DNA of 64,000 nucleotides, taken from assembly GCA_001775995.1 (NCBI GenBank), contig MEZH01000001.1, positions 49,468 through 113,467 on the forward strand. The letters are read 5' to 3'. Below the pieces are notes generated by a model that was not told the origin of the DNA, ran no database searches, and saw only the letters and a program-made list of their open reading frames with translations. A program made the position numbers and the translations under genes. Shown here piece after piece: positions 48,381 to 58,991 of the stretch (within the stretch, counting starts at the first letter, position 1; each line of letters begins with the position of its first letter). Source of the DNA: Candidatus Bathyarchaeota archaeon RBG_16_48_13. GTDB lineage: Archaea; Thermoproteota; Bathyarchaeia; RBG-16-48-13.

Positions 48381-49505
48381 TTATGATATTCTCTTCCAGC
48401 CATATTTTGTGGGATCATAGAACGGGAATTTCACCAGTTCCGCTTGAGTTAGCTTGCCATGTATCATTATGTTAACGATGCCACCGGTTTTAGCGAACTC
48501 TGTTTCCACGTATCCAATACCTATTCCATAATTCAATAGCGGTGAGAATGTCCCGCTCGTCATCTGTCCTATTTTCTTCCCGTTGTAGATATCGTAATGA
48601 GGCCTTGGGATACCTCGCTCTCTCATTTTGAGCCCAACTCGAAGTCTCTTCACTCCAGCCTGCTTCTGTTTCATGAGTGCCTCTTTTCCTATGAAGTCCT
48701 TTTTATCGAACTTAACAACCCATCCTATCTGAGCCTCTAAGGGTGTCGTAGTTTCATCTATATCGTTACCATATAGGCACATGCCAGCTTCGAGGCGCAA
48801 CGTGTCCCTGGCACCGAGGCCAATCGGCTCTATTTCGAATTCCTTTCCAGCTTCTAGAATTGAATTCCAGAGTTTAATCGCCTTTTGAGGTTTGGACAGT
48901 GGTGCATCCCAACAACATAACTCAAAGCCATCTTCACCTGTATAACCAGTCCGCGATGCTAAAACCTTGTAGCCTGCCATCTTCACAAAGTTCCCACAGA
49001 ACCTAGGTATAGCTGATAGGTCTTCTTCGGTGATTTTCTGAAGGGTCTTCTGTGCATTAGGTCCTTGAACTGCAAACATGGATATTTCATCAGAAACGTC
49101 ATTTACCTTCAGGTTCTTGAACTTTTTAGATTGCTTTGTCAACCATTCGAAGTTCTTGGTTCGATTGCTGGCGTTGTAAACAACCCAATATTTACCCTTT
49201 TCAAGCCTCAAGACGGTGAGATCATCTATGATCCCTCCATCCTCCTTGCACATGTTAGTGTAATGACCCTGATGGTCAGCTAAGGCACCTGCATTGTTAG
49301 TAGTAACATAGTCTAGGAAGTTGGCTGCGTCAGTGCCCTCTACAAGGACTCTGCCCATATGTGTTACATCGAAGATTCCGACACTTTTCCTTACTGCTAG
49401 ATGTTCCTCCTTTATTCCTTTGTACCATATAGGCAACCCCCATCCTACAAAATCTATCACATTACCATTAGCCTTATGAAATTCGTAGAGTTGCGTCTTC
49501 TTCAT
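48381..49505 (-). CDS. gcvT: Glycine cleavage system aminomethyltransferase T
   Basis: FDVTHMG, GGIIDD, RTGYTGEDGFE, GLGARDTLRLEAG; start placed at MKKTQ. Confidence 0.94.
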   Translation of the reverse strand: MKKTQLYEFHKANGNVIDFVGWGLPIWYKGIKEEHLAVRKSVGIFDVTHMGRVLVEGTDAANFLDYVTTNNAGALADHQGHYTNMCKEDGGIIDDLTVLRLEKGKYWVVYNASNRTKNFEWLTKQSKKFKNLKVNDVSDEISMFAVQGPNAQKTLQKITEEDLSAIPRFCGNFVKMAGYKVLASRTGYTGEDGFELCCWDAPLSKPQKAIKLWNSILEAGKEFEIEPIGLGARDTLRLEAGMCLYGNDIDETTTPLEAQIGWVVKFDKKDFIGKEALMKQKQAGVKRLRVGLKMRERGIPRPHYDIYNGKKIGQMTSGTFSPLLNYGIGIGYVETEFAKTGGIVNIMIHGKLTQAELVKFPFYDPTKYGWKRIS

Positions 49506-49748
49506 GATTAACGTCCTCCATTTTTGTAATCGAGTACTCCTACTCAGAGGAGCCAATTAAAAGGTTTGCTATCACGAAGGTTTGATACCTGTTTTGGAAG
49601 ACAATTATTCTTATATACAACAGTAGCAAGTTTTTTAGTCAAATCTTTTCTTAAAAGAGAAGACCAATTCCCAGATATCAACTCGAGCTCCGGAGGTTAA
49701 ACAGAAGTAGTCTGGTAGCCTTTTCACATGAATTTATGGTGAAAAACA

Positions 49749-51749
49749 TTGTTAAAGCCTGTTTCAATGAGACGATTCAGCATCACATCACCCTCAGAGT
49801 ATGAAGATAAAATAATTGAGGAACTCGGAAGGCTCGGGGTCGCGCAACTCATCAAGGAGTCCGTGTCTGGAGAGGCCAAAAAGACAGGTAATCTAGAAAT
49901 TTGCGAAAGATATACATCTTTGCGACAGAAGCTTGATGCAATATCCTCAGTTTTCCAGCAAGTCCACAAAGAATCTCCGAAGAAGAGGAGATTTAACCTA
50001 AGAGGGATTACTCAGCGCAAAATACAGAAGAACCTTACGGTGTCTTCCACTATTTTCGATTTGGTTGAAATTGACAAGAAAACCAATGAGATAGGACCCA
50101 CAGCAGATGCTATTATTGCCGAAGTAGCGCATCTGCAAGAAGAAGTTAGTGATCTGAAAGTCAGGGAAACACGTCTTACTATGCTGGAAAAGAACGGGAT
50201 GAAGATAGACGAAGTTGGCGACTTCAGACATATCTTTGTCAAGGTTGGCTTGCTAAAAAGAGAGTTTCATCATAATTTTGAGCGTCACATGAAAAGTTTG
50301 AGTTTGGCTTATAGTATAAACCCATCAACCCACACCGAGGACTTTATTGTAATATCAGGTTCCATGAGTTACAAGTTTTACGTTGAAGAAATTCTTAAAT
50401 TACTAAATTTTGATGAATTCATTTTCAATGGATCAAAAGACTCAATTTTCAAATCTTTGACCGTTGTTCGATCGCTTCTGAAGGAAGCAGTTTCAAACCT
50501 AATGGCTCTTGAGGATCGTTATGATAAAGTTCTAAAAGAGTTGAAACCTTTTGAGGATTCCATTAGCGAAGCCCTAAAAGTTGAGGATGCACGATCCGCC
50601 ATCACCAAAGTTGGAAAGCAAATACTAATTCAAGGATGGGTTCCAGCAGACGAATTAGAAGATGTTAGAGGAGTTGTAGAGAATTCAACAAACGGAACCT
50701 CTAATTTCAGTTTTGAAAGTCCCACCAAAGAGGATACTGTACCCACGAAACTTCCAAATCGAGGCGTTTTCAGGTTTTTTGAACTCTTTGTTAAACTTGC
50801 CGGAACACCTAATTACTTCGAGATCGACCCAACGCCAATATTTACTATCCTTTATGTCACGATGTTTGGCATGATGTTCGGCGACATTGGAGGAGGCATT
50901 GCCTTTGCGATTCTAGGCTTATTGCTAAGCAGAGTCCGTAAGAATCTCTTGGGCCTCCCAAGATCCGCAGTCAGGAAATTGGGCATAGTAATTCTGTTTT
51001 GTGGTATGTCCGCAATCGTTTTTGGCGCTTTATACGGGGAGTTCTTCTTGTTTGAAGTCTTCAACCCGTTACTGCTCAGTCCAATTCATGACCAAAACGA
51101 GATGATTACAATAGCATTAACCTTTGGTGTTGCCCAGATCGCTCTGGCCCTAGTTCTTAATATCATTAATAAATTTCGTATGGGTCATAAATTAGAAGCA
51201 ATCCTAAGCGAAAAGGGTCTATTGGGGCTTGCCTACTACTCAGTCGGAGTCTTATTAGCGATTAAATTCGTACAAGGCAATATGAGCCTGAACGCCTTTG
51301 TAGAAAATATGCTATTGACATATACTGCCTTAGGACTATTGGGCTTGATCTTCTTAGCACCCGTGGTAATTGGATTCATTGAAGGCAAAGGCGGGATCAT
51401 AGAAAAACTTCTCTTAGGCTTCACCCACTTCTTTGAGGCCTTTATCTCCTTCTTGACGAATTCAGTCTCGTATATCAGGTTGGCTGCTTTCGCATTATCA
51501 CATGGTGCATTTGCATTGTGTGCAGCAATACTTGCCGGAATTATTGGCGGAATTCCAAGCTACATACTCATAAATGTGCTAGTCTTTATCATAGAGGGCA
51601 TGTCAGTCGGAATACAAGCTATGAGGCTGATGTATTACGAGTTCTTTACGAAATTCTATACTGGTGACGGAAAGCCCTACAGACCATTTCAGTTAAAAGC
51701 TAACAAAAAAGACATAAGATTTAAAAAACCTTTCTCGTCTAATAGGTGA
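49749..51749 (+). CDS. atpI: A/V-type ATP synthase subunit I (a)
   Basis: EIDPTP, FGMMFGDIG, SYIRLAAF and LMYYEFFTKFY. Confidence 0.92.
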   Translation: MLKPVSMRRFSITSPSEYEDKIIEELGRLGVAQLIKESVSGEAKKTGNLEICERYTSLRQKLDAISSVFQQVHKESPKKRRFNLRGITQRKIQKNLTVSSTIFDLVEIDKKTNEIGPTADAIIAEVAHLQEEVSDLKVRETRLTMLEKNGMKIDEVGDFRHIFVKVGLLKREFHHNFERHMKSLSLAYSINPSTHTEDFIVISGSMSYKFYVEEILKLLNFDEFIFNGSKDSIFKSLTVVRSLLKEAVSNLMALEDRYDKVLKELKPFEDSISEALKVEDARSAITKVGKQILIQGWVPADELEDVRGVVENSTNGTSNFSFESPTKEDTVPTKLPNRGVFRFFELFVKLAGTPNYFEIDPTPIFTILYVTMFGMMFGDIGGGIAFAILGLLLSRVRKNLLGLPRSAVRKLGIVILFCGMSAIVFGALYGEFFLFEVFNPLLLSPIHDQNEMITIALTFGVAQIALALVLNIINKFRMGHKLEAILSEKGLLGLAYYSVGVLLAIKFVQGNMSLNAFVENMLLTYTALGLLGLIFLAPVVIGFIEGKGGIIEKLLLGFTHFFEAFISFLTNSVSYIRLAAFALSHGAFALCAAILAGIIGGIPSYILINVLVFIIEGMSVGIQAMRLMYYEFFTKFYTGDGKPYRPFQLKANKKDIRFKKPFSSNR

Positions 51750-51752
51750 GCT

Positions 51753-52088
51753 ATGTTGCAACTAAACAAAAGGTTTCTGAGAAACAGAAAAGCCATAGTT
51801 TTGTCTCTATTACTTCTGGGAATTACACTGATTGTCGTGGGTCCTGCTTCAGCTCAAGTTTCCCCTGGGACAGGAGAAACAGGATTTGCTCTAATTGGCG
51901 CAGCACTTGCTGTAGGTTTGGCTTGTTTGGGTTCAGGGGTCGCCATATATGGGGCAACAACAGGAGGCTCGGCCTTGATGGCAGAGAGGCCAGAAATGTC
52001 TGTGTGGGTATTGCTTTTCGCTGGTCTGGGAGAAGGGCTAGCCATTTATGGATTCGTTATAGCGATATTAATTATCAGCAGACTATGA
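51753..52088 (+). CDS. atpK: A/V-type ATP synthase proteolipid subunit K (c)
   Basis: Signal-like N-terminus plus one hairpin with GLGEGLAIYG (catalytic Glu). Confidence 0.9.
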   Translation: MLQLNKRFLRNRKAIVLSLLLLGITLIVVGPASAQVSPGTGETGFALIGAALAVGLACLGSGVAIYGATTGGSALMAERPEMSVWVLLFAGLGEGLAIYGFVIAILIISRL

Positions 52089-52094
52089 ACATCA

Positions 52095-53102
52095 CTACAA
52101 CTGCTTGATTTGTTTGCTCACAACCACAGCTATCAAATCTTTTGCTTCATTTTCACATCTAATGAGGTAATATAGCACGTAACCTAATGTGTAAGGATTT
52201 CTTGCTGCTATCTCAGAAGCTTCGTCATGAAGTTTTGCAGAAAAGATTCTCTCACCCTCTTTCCAAGATCCACTGCCCAAAGTAGTCTGCATCTCCTCAG
52301 CGAACTTTGCATAATATGAAGACTTCAAGGTGTGCGCAAAGTCTTCAGGCAGGGCTTCCATTAGAGCCTCTATTCTAAACTCCAGCACTTTGTGAAATCG
52401 TTCCACGATTCGGTTTTGTATTTGTTCTTGTTCCAGCCCGCGCATCTTTAGTGACAAAATTGTCATCAAATTCTTTAGATCAATTTCAAAGCCTATTATG
52501 TCATTTACTAGCGTCTTGTTAGGTATCTTTTGAGCTATTTCGAGGAGCCTCTCATAATAATGTTTGTCCAAGGAGGCCTCTAGAATTGAGGTTGTTCCGA
52601 ATTTCTCGTAGAGCTTAAAATCATCAGTTAGGTGACCGTAATCTGTCTCCCTTAACAATCCTACTACTTCTTTTAGGTCCTTCGCCGCCATTAACGCTGA
52701 AAAATTGACTAGAGTGAACTCCTTCATAAGTGGGATTAGATTCTCTTCTTCTAAGAGTTTGCCTCTATGTATCGCTCTTAAGATTCTCTTTACGTTCTCC
52801 ATCTCAAATCTACTTGAATACGCTTTGAAGAATTTCTGAACGTCTCTGGAGGTTGCATTCACTATGAAATAGAACCTTTCTACCATTCTTTCTAGGAATA
52901 TTCTTTCTAGAATTGCGGCATCAAAAGTCGTGAGTTCTATGATTTCTCCATACTCACTCTTCGGGATTTTTTCTATCGCTTCATTCAGATCTCTTGAGTC
53001 TCGGATTAATTTCATGTCATCGGGTTTTATCAGATGTCTTGAGAGGCCATGAACCCTTGTGGTCAGATACACCAATTGAGGTGGTTTCAATAATGTCTTC
53101 AA
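52095..53102 (-). CDS. atpC: A/V-type ATP synthase subunit C
   Basis: YLTTRVHGL, FEMENVKRILR, EIDLKNL. Confidence 0.85.
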   Translation of the reverse strand: MKTLLKPPQLVYLTTRVHGLSRHLIKPDDMKLIRDSRDLNEAIEKIPKSEYGEIIELTTFDAAILERIFLERMVERFYFIVNATSRDVQKFFKAYSSRFEMENVKRILRAIHRGKLLEEENLIPLMKEFTLVNFSALMAAKDLKEVVGLLRETDYGHLTDDFKLYEKFGTTSILEASLDKHYYERLLEIAQKIPNKTLVNDIIGFEIDLKNLMTILSLKMRGLEQEQIQNRIVERFHKVLEFRIEALMEALPEDFAHTLKSSYYAKFAEEMQTTLGSGSWKEGERIFSAKLHDEASEIAARNPYTLGYVLYYLIRCENEAKDLIAVVVSKQIKQL

Positions 53103-53695
53103 CTTTTGGTCCTTCTTAATATGTTTCTTATTCTCTTCGCTCGAAAGAATTCTTCTAGCTCTTCTTCCTCCAATTTTCCCTCTACATAGGCTATACTGCT
53201 AATGAGGCTAGGAATCAATGCTTTCTCCAAGGCGTTTACTTTTCTGTTTGTTGTCATGAGCTCCTGAGACACCGCCTCTATCCATGTTTCCACTTTCGAG
53301 ATTTTGAATAACTCTTCGATCGCTGAAGTTAGTCGGGTGGCAGCATCATACGCCACGGCATTAGGTATGTTTGTGAGTTTTGGTTTCTGTTCTATGCTGA
53401 ATTCAGTAAGGACAACTCCCATGACGCTAATCGTATTGACCTCTACTCTTAGGTTGTCTACAGACGTTGCAGCCGATACCATTCCGGAGTAGCCCAATAC
53501 CGAATATGCGTCCTCGACCTTAGAATAGACGTCCATGAGTTGCTTTTCTATGTTCTTTCTTTTTTTGATTTCATCCAGGAGTTTACTCATTTCACTAACT
53601 AACTGGTCCCGGCGCATTTTCAAAATCTCTAGACTCTTTTGCATGAACTCAAGTTGTTCCTTTAATCTGAGGAGGATGCCTCTGTTAGCTGCCAT
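53099..53695 (-). CDS. atpD: A/V-type ATP synthase subunit D
   Basis: LKMRRDQLV and TNRKVNALEKALIP. Confidence 0.9.
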   Translation of the reverse strand: MAANRGILLRLKEQLEFMQKSLEILKMRRDQLVSEMSKLLDEIKKRKNIEKQLMDVYSKVEDAYSVLGYSGMVSAATSVDNLRVEVNTISVMGVVLTEFSIEQKPKLTNIPNAVAYDAATRLTSAIEELFKISKVETWIEAVSQELMTTNRKVNALEKALIPSLISSIAYVEGKLEEEELEEFFRAKRIRNILRRTKS

Positions 53696-53707
53696 GAATA
53701 TCCCGTT

Positions 53708-55120
53708 TTATATAGGCGCGTTAACTCTCATTCTGCGCCCGTATTTTTCGATGTACTTTTTCTCTATTCTTACAAGGTTGTCTTCCGGGAACATCGCTAG
53801 AAGTTCCCAGGCGATGTCCAAGGTCTTCTCTATAGGACGGTTCTCGTTTTCATCTTGGTTTATGAACCTTCTTTCAAAGGCATCGGCAAATTTCAGGTAT
53901 CTACCCTCAGTTTCACTCAGGCTCATTTCGCCTACGATTCTGGAAAGATCTCTAGCCTTCATTCCCATTGAATAGAAATAGTATAACTGATCGGCAACGC
54001 TCCTATGATCTTCTCGCGTCTTGTCTTCTCCTATTCCACTTCGCATCAAACGGCTTAGAGATGGGAGTACATTTATTGGCGGGTAGATACCTCTAGCGAA
54101 AAGGTCCCGATCTAGGAAGATCTGTCCCTCTGTAATGTACCCCGTCAGGTCTGGTATGGGATGGTGGAGATCTCCCCCTGGCATTGTCAGAATAGGCATT
54201 TGAGTTAAGGACCCTTTTCTTCCCTTGACTTTGCCCGCCCTCTCATAGATGGAGGCCAAGTCGCTGTAAAGATAACCTGGGTACCCCTTCCTGCTGGGCA
54301 CTTCCTCACGGGCTGCGCTCATTTCCCTTAGAGCTTCACAATAGTTCGTCATGTCACTCAATATGGTCAAGACATGTATTCCTAGGTCGAAAGCTAAGTA
54401 CTCAGCCATAGTCAGAGCAATTCTTGGTGTGAATAGCCTCTCCACCGCTGGGTCATCTGCAAGGTTCATAACAACGACTGACCTTTCAAGTGCTCCAGTG
54501 CTCTTGAACTGTTCAATGAAGAACCTTGCTTCATCACTTCTTTGTCCTATTGCCGCGAATACCAAGGCGAACTCTTCTTTCTTTCCTCTTACAGTCGCTT
54601 GCTTGGCAATTTGAGCCACTATCCTATTATGAGGCATCCCACTCTCCGAGAAAATAGGAAGTTTCTGGCCCCTAACCAAAGACAGTGGTCCATCAATGGC
54701 CGAGATGCCTGTCTGAATGAACTCTTCAGGGTAGATGCGAGCCACAGGGTTTATGGGCATTCCATTGATGTCGTATTTGTCCTTCGAGATGATCTTAGGT
54801 GCTCCGTCTATAGGCTCACCTACTCCATTGAATATTCTCCCCAGAATATCTTCCGATAATGGGATTTTGAAGACTGAGCCAGAGAAACCTACAATTGAGT
54901 TAATCTGAAGTCCAATCTCTCTTCCGAAGACTTGGATGACAGCCCTTCCATGGCCGACCTCTAGGACTCTGCCCATTCGTTCTACACCATCTGGAGCTCG
55001 TATTCTCACAATCTCATCATATCCTACGTCTTCTATACCTTCTATCATGATGAGTGAGCCCTTGATCTCTTTTAATCCCCTATAGGTTAAGCCAGTCAAC
55101 TCTTGAAGTTTCTCTGCCAT
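53708..55120 (-). CDS. atpB: A/V-type ATP synthase subunit B
   Basis: [28 protein letters not shown]; start placed at MAEKLQ. Confidence 0.95.
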   Translation of the reverse strand: MAEKLQELTGLTYRGLKEIKGSLIMIEGIEDVGYDEIVRIRAPDGVERMGRVLEVGHGRAVIQVFGREIGLQINSIVGFSGSVFKIPLSEDILGRIFNGVGEPIDGAPKIISKDKYDINGMPINPVARIYPEEFIQTGISAIDGPLSLVRGQKLPIFSESGMPHNRIVAQIAKQATVRGKKEEFALVFAAIGQRSDEARFFIEQFKSTGALERSVVVMNLADDPAVERLFTPRIALTMAEYLAFDLGIHVLTILSDMTNYCEALREMSAAREEVPSRKGYPGYLYSDLASIYERAGKVKGRKGSLTQMPILTMPGGDLHHPIPDLTGYITEGQIFLDRDLFARGIYPPINVLPSLSRLMRSGIGEDKTREDHRSVADQLYYFYSMGMKARDLSRIVGEMSLSETEGRYLKFADAFERRFINQDENENRPIEKTLDIAWELLAMFPEDNLVRIEKKYIEKYGRRMRVNAPI

Positions 55121-55122
55121 TT

Positions 55123-56955
55123 CTAAACACCTGATGAAACTCGATATTCCTCGCCTATTCTTCTCAATTCCTTGTGACATTGTTCCATAAGCTGTCTGAT
55201 TGCAGCTATACCGCCTTCATCTTGCTTGATTCGTTTCATTTTCTGAAGCTCGGGCAGGCTACTTATCTTGATGATGGGTACACGATTCTTTATCAGGACA
55301 CTAGCTTGGTCGTGGAAGTCCGTCATCATCTTTAGTAGCAGGAATTGTTTCTCGGGTTCGCAAAATGAGTCCACCTTATCGAAGGCGAACTGTCTCAGGA
55401 ACCCCTCCTTCAATGTGTCAGCGGTTAGGAGTATCAGTCTTTGGTCGTCTGGGAGAGCATTTTCTCCAATAATCTTTGCTATGGACTCTATCTCAGACGA
55501 CTCGTTGAGAACAGCCAGCGCCTTATCTCTTAGCTCTGGGAATAATTGGTGAAAGTCTTTCCACCAGCTCTGTAATTGACCGGAGTAGTCACTGAAACTT
55601 TGCGCCCAAGCACTCAAGAGACGATTTGCATACAAACTGTAGCTCTTTAACCATTGTATAGCTGGGAAATGTCGACTATATGCTAGGTCAGCATCCAACG
55701 CCCAAAAGACTCCTGTGAACCTAAGCGTGTGGATGGTGACCGGCTCGTTGAAGTCCCCTCCAGGCGGGGAAACTGCGCCGATAACGGTAACCGAGCCGTC
55801 CCTTTGAGGTTTGCCTAATGTCCTTACTCTCCCAGCCCTTTCGTAGAATTCCGCCACCCTATCTGGAAGATATGCAGGGTAACCACTCTCAACCGGCATT
55901 TCCTCCAATCTTCCTGAGACTTCACGGAGGGCTTCAGCCCATCGGGAGGTAGAATCGGCCATAATGGACACGTCGTAGCCTTGGTCACGATAGTATTCTG
56001 CCACCGTGATGCCATAGTATATACTTGCCTCCCTTGCGGCTACTGGCATATTACTGGTATTCGCTAAAAGAAAGGTCCTTTCCATAAGTGGATAGCCTGT
56101 TCTGGGGTCTTTGAGCTTCGGGAAGTCGGTAGCGACCTCACACATCTCATTTCCACGCTCGCCGCAACCAATGTAAACGACCACTTGTGTGTTGCTCCAT
56201 CTCGCAAGCTGATGGAGCATGACTGTCTTCCCGGTACCAAAGCCGCCAGGTATTGCGGCTGTCCCCCCTTTTGAAATGGGAAAGAAAACATCTATGACCC
56301 TTTGTCCTGTGACCAAAGGTTCATCTGATGCTAATCTTGCCTGAAATGGGCGCGGTAGTCTGACAGGCCACTCCTGCATCATTCGTAAGGGAACAATTCC
56401 AGACACAGTTTCAAGTTTTCCGATTGGGTCATCTACTGTGAAATCACCTTCCTCCAAGGCGACAATTTTACCATTTGTTTCAGGTGGCACAGTTATTTTA
56501 TGGTCTATCATGTTTGTCTCTTTGGTCGTTCCTATTATGTCACCACCCTCTACTAGACCTCCGACCATAGCAGTCGGTTTGAAGTGCCATTTCTTATTTC
56601 TAGGAAGCGTACTGATTTTTACTCCTCGAGTTATGAATGGACCTTTTTGTTTGAGAATTGCCTCCAAGGGCCGCCCTATACCGTCTAATATATTGTTGAG
56701 GAGCCCTGGGCCTAGTTCAGCGACTAGCCTCTTTCCGGAAGCTATTACTGGTTCTCCAGGTTTCAAGCCGCTTGTATTTTCGTAAATCTCAACGATGAAT
56801 TCTTCATCCTTTATCCTGATTACCTCTCCGATGAGGCCTTCTTCACCGACTTCCACGATTTCTCCCATTTCAACGTCATTTATTCCATGAGCTGCAACCA
56901 CTGAGCCGCTTATCCAGCTGATATCTCCTTTTCTGCCGTGCTTCTCCATTTTCAT
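55123..56955 (-). CDS. atpA: A/V-type ATP synthase subunit A
   Basis: [29 protein letters not shown]; no intein. Confidence 0.96.
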   Translation of the reverse strand: MKMEKHGRKGDISWISGSVVAAHGINDVEMGEIVEVGEEGLIGEVIRIKDEEFIVEIYENTSGLKPGEPVIASGKRLVAELGPGLLNNILDGIGRPLEAILKQKGPFITRGVKISTLPRNKKWHFKPTAMVGGLVEGGDIIGTTKETNMIDHKITVPPETNGKIVALEEGDFTVDDPIGKLETVSGIVPLRMMQEWPVRLPRPFQARLASDEPLVTGQRVIDVFFPISKGGTAAIPGGFGTGKTVMLHQLARWSNTQVVVYIGCGERGNEMCEVATDFPKLKDPRTGYPLMERTFLLANTSNMPVAAREASIYYGITVAEYYRDQGYDVSIMADSTSRWAEALREVSGRLEEMPVESGYPAYLPDRVAEFYERAGRVRTLGKPQRDGSVTVIGAVSPPGGDFNEPVTIHTLRFTGVFWALDADLAYSRHFPAIQWLKSYSLYANRLLSAWAQSFSDYSGQLQSWWKDFHQLFPELRDKALAVLNESSEIESIAKIIGENALPDDQRLILLTADTLKEGFLRQFAFDKVDSFCEPEKQFLLLKMMTDFHDQASVLIKNRVPIIKISSLPELQKMKRIKQDEGGIAAIRQLMEQCHKELRRIGEEYRVSSGV

Positions 56956-57578
56956 TCCTCCTTGAATAGAATTTCAATCGCTTTGCTTGCATGAATCTCA
57001 CGGTATTCTTCGAGGCGTGCCTCAATGGTGTCGTTATAGCACCTATTCTGGTCTTGAGTACAAACGAGGGCACCCCCAATAGTCTTGAGGTTCCTAGAAC
57101 TCAGCTCCAGTGCAACATTTCCCTTCTTCATTTCAGTTGCCTTCGTTTCGATTCCTTCTAAGGCCTTCTCGATGGATTTCATGTCTCGCTCGTTGGTGAA
57201 TATGACAAATCGCTCACCAGAAAGTCTTGTCAACCCAGCCACAATTGATTCCTGCAGAAATCTGAAGTATCGTGGTTTAGCGCTTTCTGCTTCTTCCTCT
57301 AGCTTTTTCCTCGCCTCTACGAAGATTTCTTGGAGAATCTCATCTTTAGCCTTCAGGAGTTTCAGGCGCTGGTTGCTTCGGATTGTTGCGAGTTCATTTT
57401 CCTCCTTCTTCTTTACTTCCTCGATCCTGTCTTCTAGTTTTGCTTTCTTCATCCTTTCCGCCTTCATCTTAGCCTCATTCATGATCCGTTCAGCCTCTTC
57501 CCTTGCTTTCTGAAGTATGTTTTGTATCTCTAGCTCCACGCTCTTCTGGAGACTTACTCTAAGGTTTTCGATACTCAC
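56952..57578 (-). CDS. atpE: A/V-type ATP synthase subunit E
   Basis: Coiled-coil N-terminus, IGGALV...DTIEARL. Confidence 0.85.
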   Translation of the reverse strand: MSIENLRVSLQKSVELEIQNILQKAREEAERIMNEAKMKAERMKKAKLEDRIEEVKKKEENELATIRSNQRLKLLKAKDEILQEIFVEARKKLEEEAESAKPRYFRFLQESIVAGLTRLSGERFVIFTNERDMKSIEKALEGIETKATEMKKGNVALELSSRNLKTIGGALVCTQDQNRCYNDTIEARLEEYREIHASKAIEILFKEE

Positions 57579-57901
57579 TTTCCTTCACCCAAGATTGTTT
57601 CTACGACAATTCTTACTACTCTAAGGCGTTTCTTATCGGCCTGTTCCATCAATTTGGCGACTTTCTCTTCATTTTCTCTTTCTAAGGCTTTCTTCTTCTT
57701 TTGAAATTCTTTATTCATTGACGCGGTTTCATGTTCTAGGAATTCTTCCATATGTGCATCATTTTCCTGCATTATGGAGTAGGCCATTTCTTCAGCTTCT
57801 TTCTTCAGTTGAATAGCTTGTAGCTCAGCCTGTTGAATCTTCCTCTCAGCTCTTCTTTCTTCCTCGATTAGATCTTGAATTTTGGCGGTCATTTTCTTCA
57901 C
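57575..57901 (-). CDS. atpH: A/V-type ATP synthase subunit H/G (peripheral stalk)
   Basis: 108-aa E/K/A-rich coiled coil within the operon. Confidence 0.68.
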   Translation of the reverse strand: MKKMTAKIQDLIEEERRAERKIQQAELQAIQLKKEAEEMAYSIMQENDAHMEEFLEHETASMNKEFQKKKKALERENEEKVAKLMEQADKKRLRVVRIVVETILGEGK

Positions 57902-58227
57902 TCTTCAAATTTTAGTTTGGCTCCCACTGCCTTACTTATTACCTGATGAATCTCCTTCGTTCTCTCTCCCGTTGAGCCGTGAAAATCGGGAACTATAACG
58001 TATAGGGGTTTGACTCCACCAATCTCTGACAACTCTTCGCGTTCCATGCTGAGTTGATAAGCTAGCTTCTCTGGAAGGATAATTATCTTGTGATTTCCGT
58101 TTGTGACAATCTCCTTCAGCCTTGCCCTAGCTTCCGTCAGAGTCTCGACTGGAAAAGAAGTTACGCCAGCAAGCCTGTAGCCAGTCGCCAAGTACTTGTC
58201 GGCAATAATAGCCACACTTGTTATCAA
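57898..58227 (-). CDS. atpF: A/V-type ATP synthase subunit F
   Basis: VAIIADKYLATGYRLAGV and ISKAVGAKL. Confidence 0.9.
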   Translation of the reverse strand: MITSVAIIADKYLATGYRLAGVTSFPVETLTEARARLKEIVTNGNHKIIILPEKLAYQLSMEREELSEIGGVKPLYVIVPDFHGSTGERTKEIHQVISKAVGAKLKFEE

Positions 58228-58430
58228 CGTCTTCCCTAAGCCTCAGATTAGAAATAGGCGTTGAATAATAAGTTTTATTCATCTTTTATCAGTGATTCTT
58301 CAAGAATTGGAACGCAACCTACGGACAAAGTACTGATCTTATACTCATTAATGGGCTTCTATGGAAAAACCTTAAGAAGAGGCTGAAGACCCAAATATTT
58401 AATCCCTCAACGCGATGGGACAGTTAAGAA

Positions 58431-58522
58431 AGCGGGGTGGGGTAGCCAGGTTAACCCGCTGGGCTCATAAAGCTTCTTGAGAAACCCAGAGATCGGTGGT
58501 TCGAATCCACTCCCCGCTACCA
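58431..58522 (+). tRNA. Initiator tRNA-Met(CAT) with a 37/38 intron
   Basis: A1-U72 (AGCGGGG/CCCCGCT), three G-C pairs in the anticodon stem (CTGGG/CCCAG), CCA. Confidence 0.92.
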
Positions 58523-58531
58523 AACTCGCAA

Positions 58532-58855
58532 TTAAGGCTTCATTTCACTGAGCAGTTTCTTTGCTACTTCAATGCCCTTTTCTGTGAGTTCATATTCACG
58601 ATATAAATTGTGGTGTGTATACTTCATGTCTCCCTTTGCAAGGTTACTTCGCTCCAACATTTGTAGGTCATCAAGTTCTTCCTTCTTGCCTGTATCGGAG
58701 CCTTCTATCCATATCGAGAGACTCCATTTCCCACTCTTTTCAATCTCTAAAATCAATGACTTGCATCGATCTACCCGTTTTTCAATTTGGGAAACTGCCT
58801 TTTTGTAGTCTTCCTTAGCCAATTTTAGTAGAATGGTTTTGAGATCTGCTGCCAT
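58532..58855 (-). CDS. Hypothetical small protein, possibly winged helix
   Basis: C-terminal YELTEKGIEVA is typical of wHTH ends. Confidence 0.6.
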   Translation of the reverse strand: MAADLKTILLKLAKEDYKKAVSQIEKRVDRCKSLILEIEKSGKWSLSIWIEGSDTGKKEELDDLQMLERSNLAKGDMKYTHHNLYREYELTEKGIEVAKKLLSEMKP

Positions 58856-58991
58856 TTTAGACCCTAATAGAAAAGATTAAGCATAAAGTATAAATGTGCT
58901 TCTCATACTTTCGAGGCATTTCATCGGTCGATGTAACTGATGAAACAGCAACATCGTGACACACCCATTCAACACTAACATATTTGTTACC

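Noticed and set aside
31267-56955. Inteins in NrdJ, DP2, Cdc6 or AtpA
   Set aside because: Lengths are typical and no intein splice motifs or homing-endonuclease insertions are seen.
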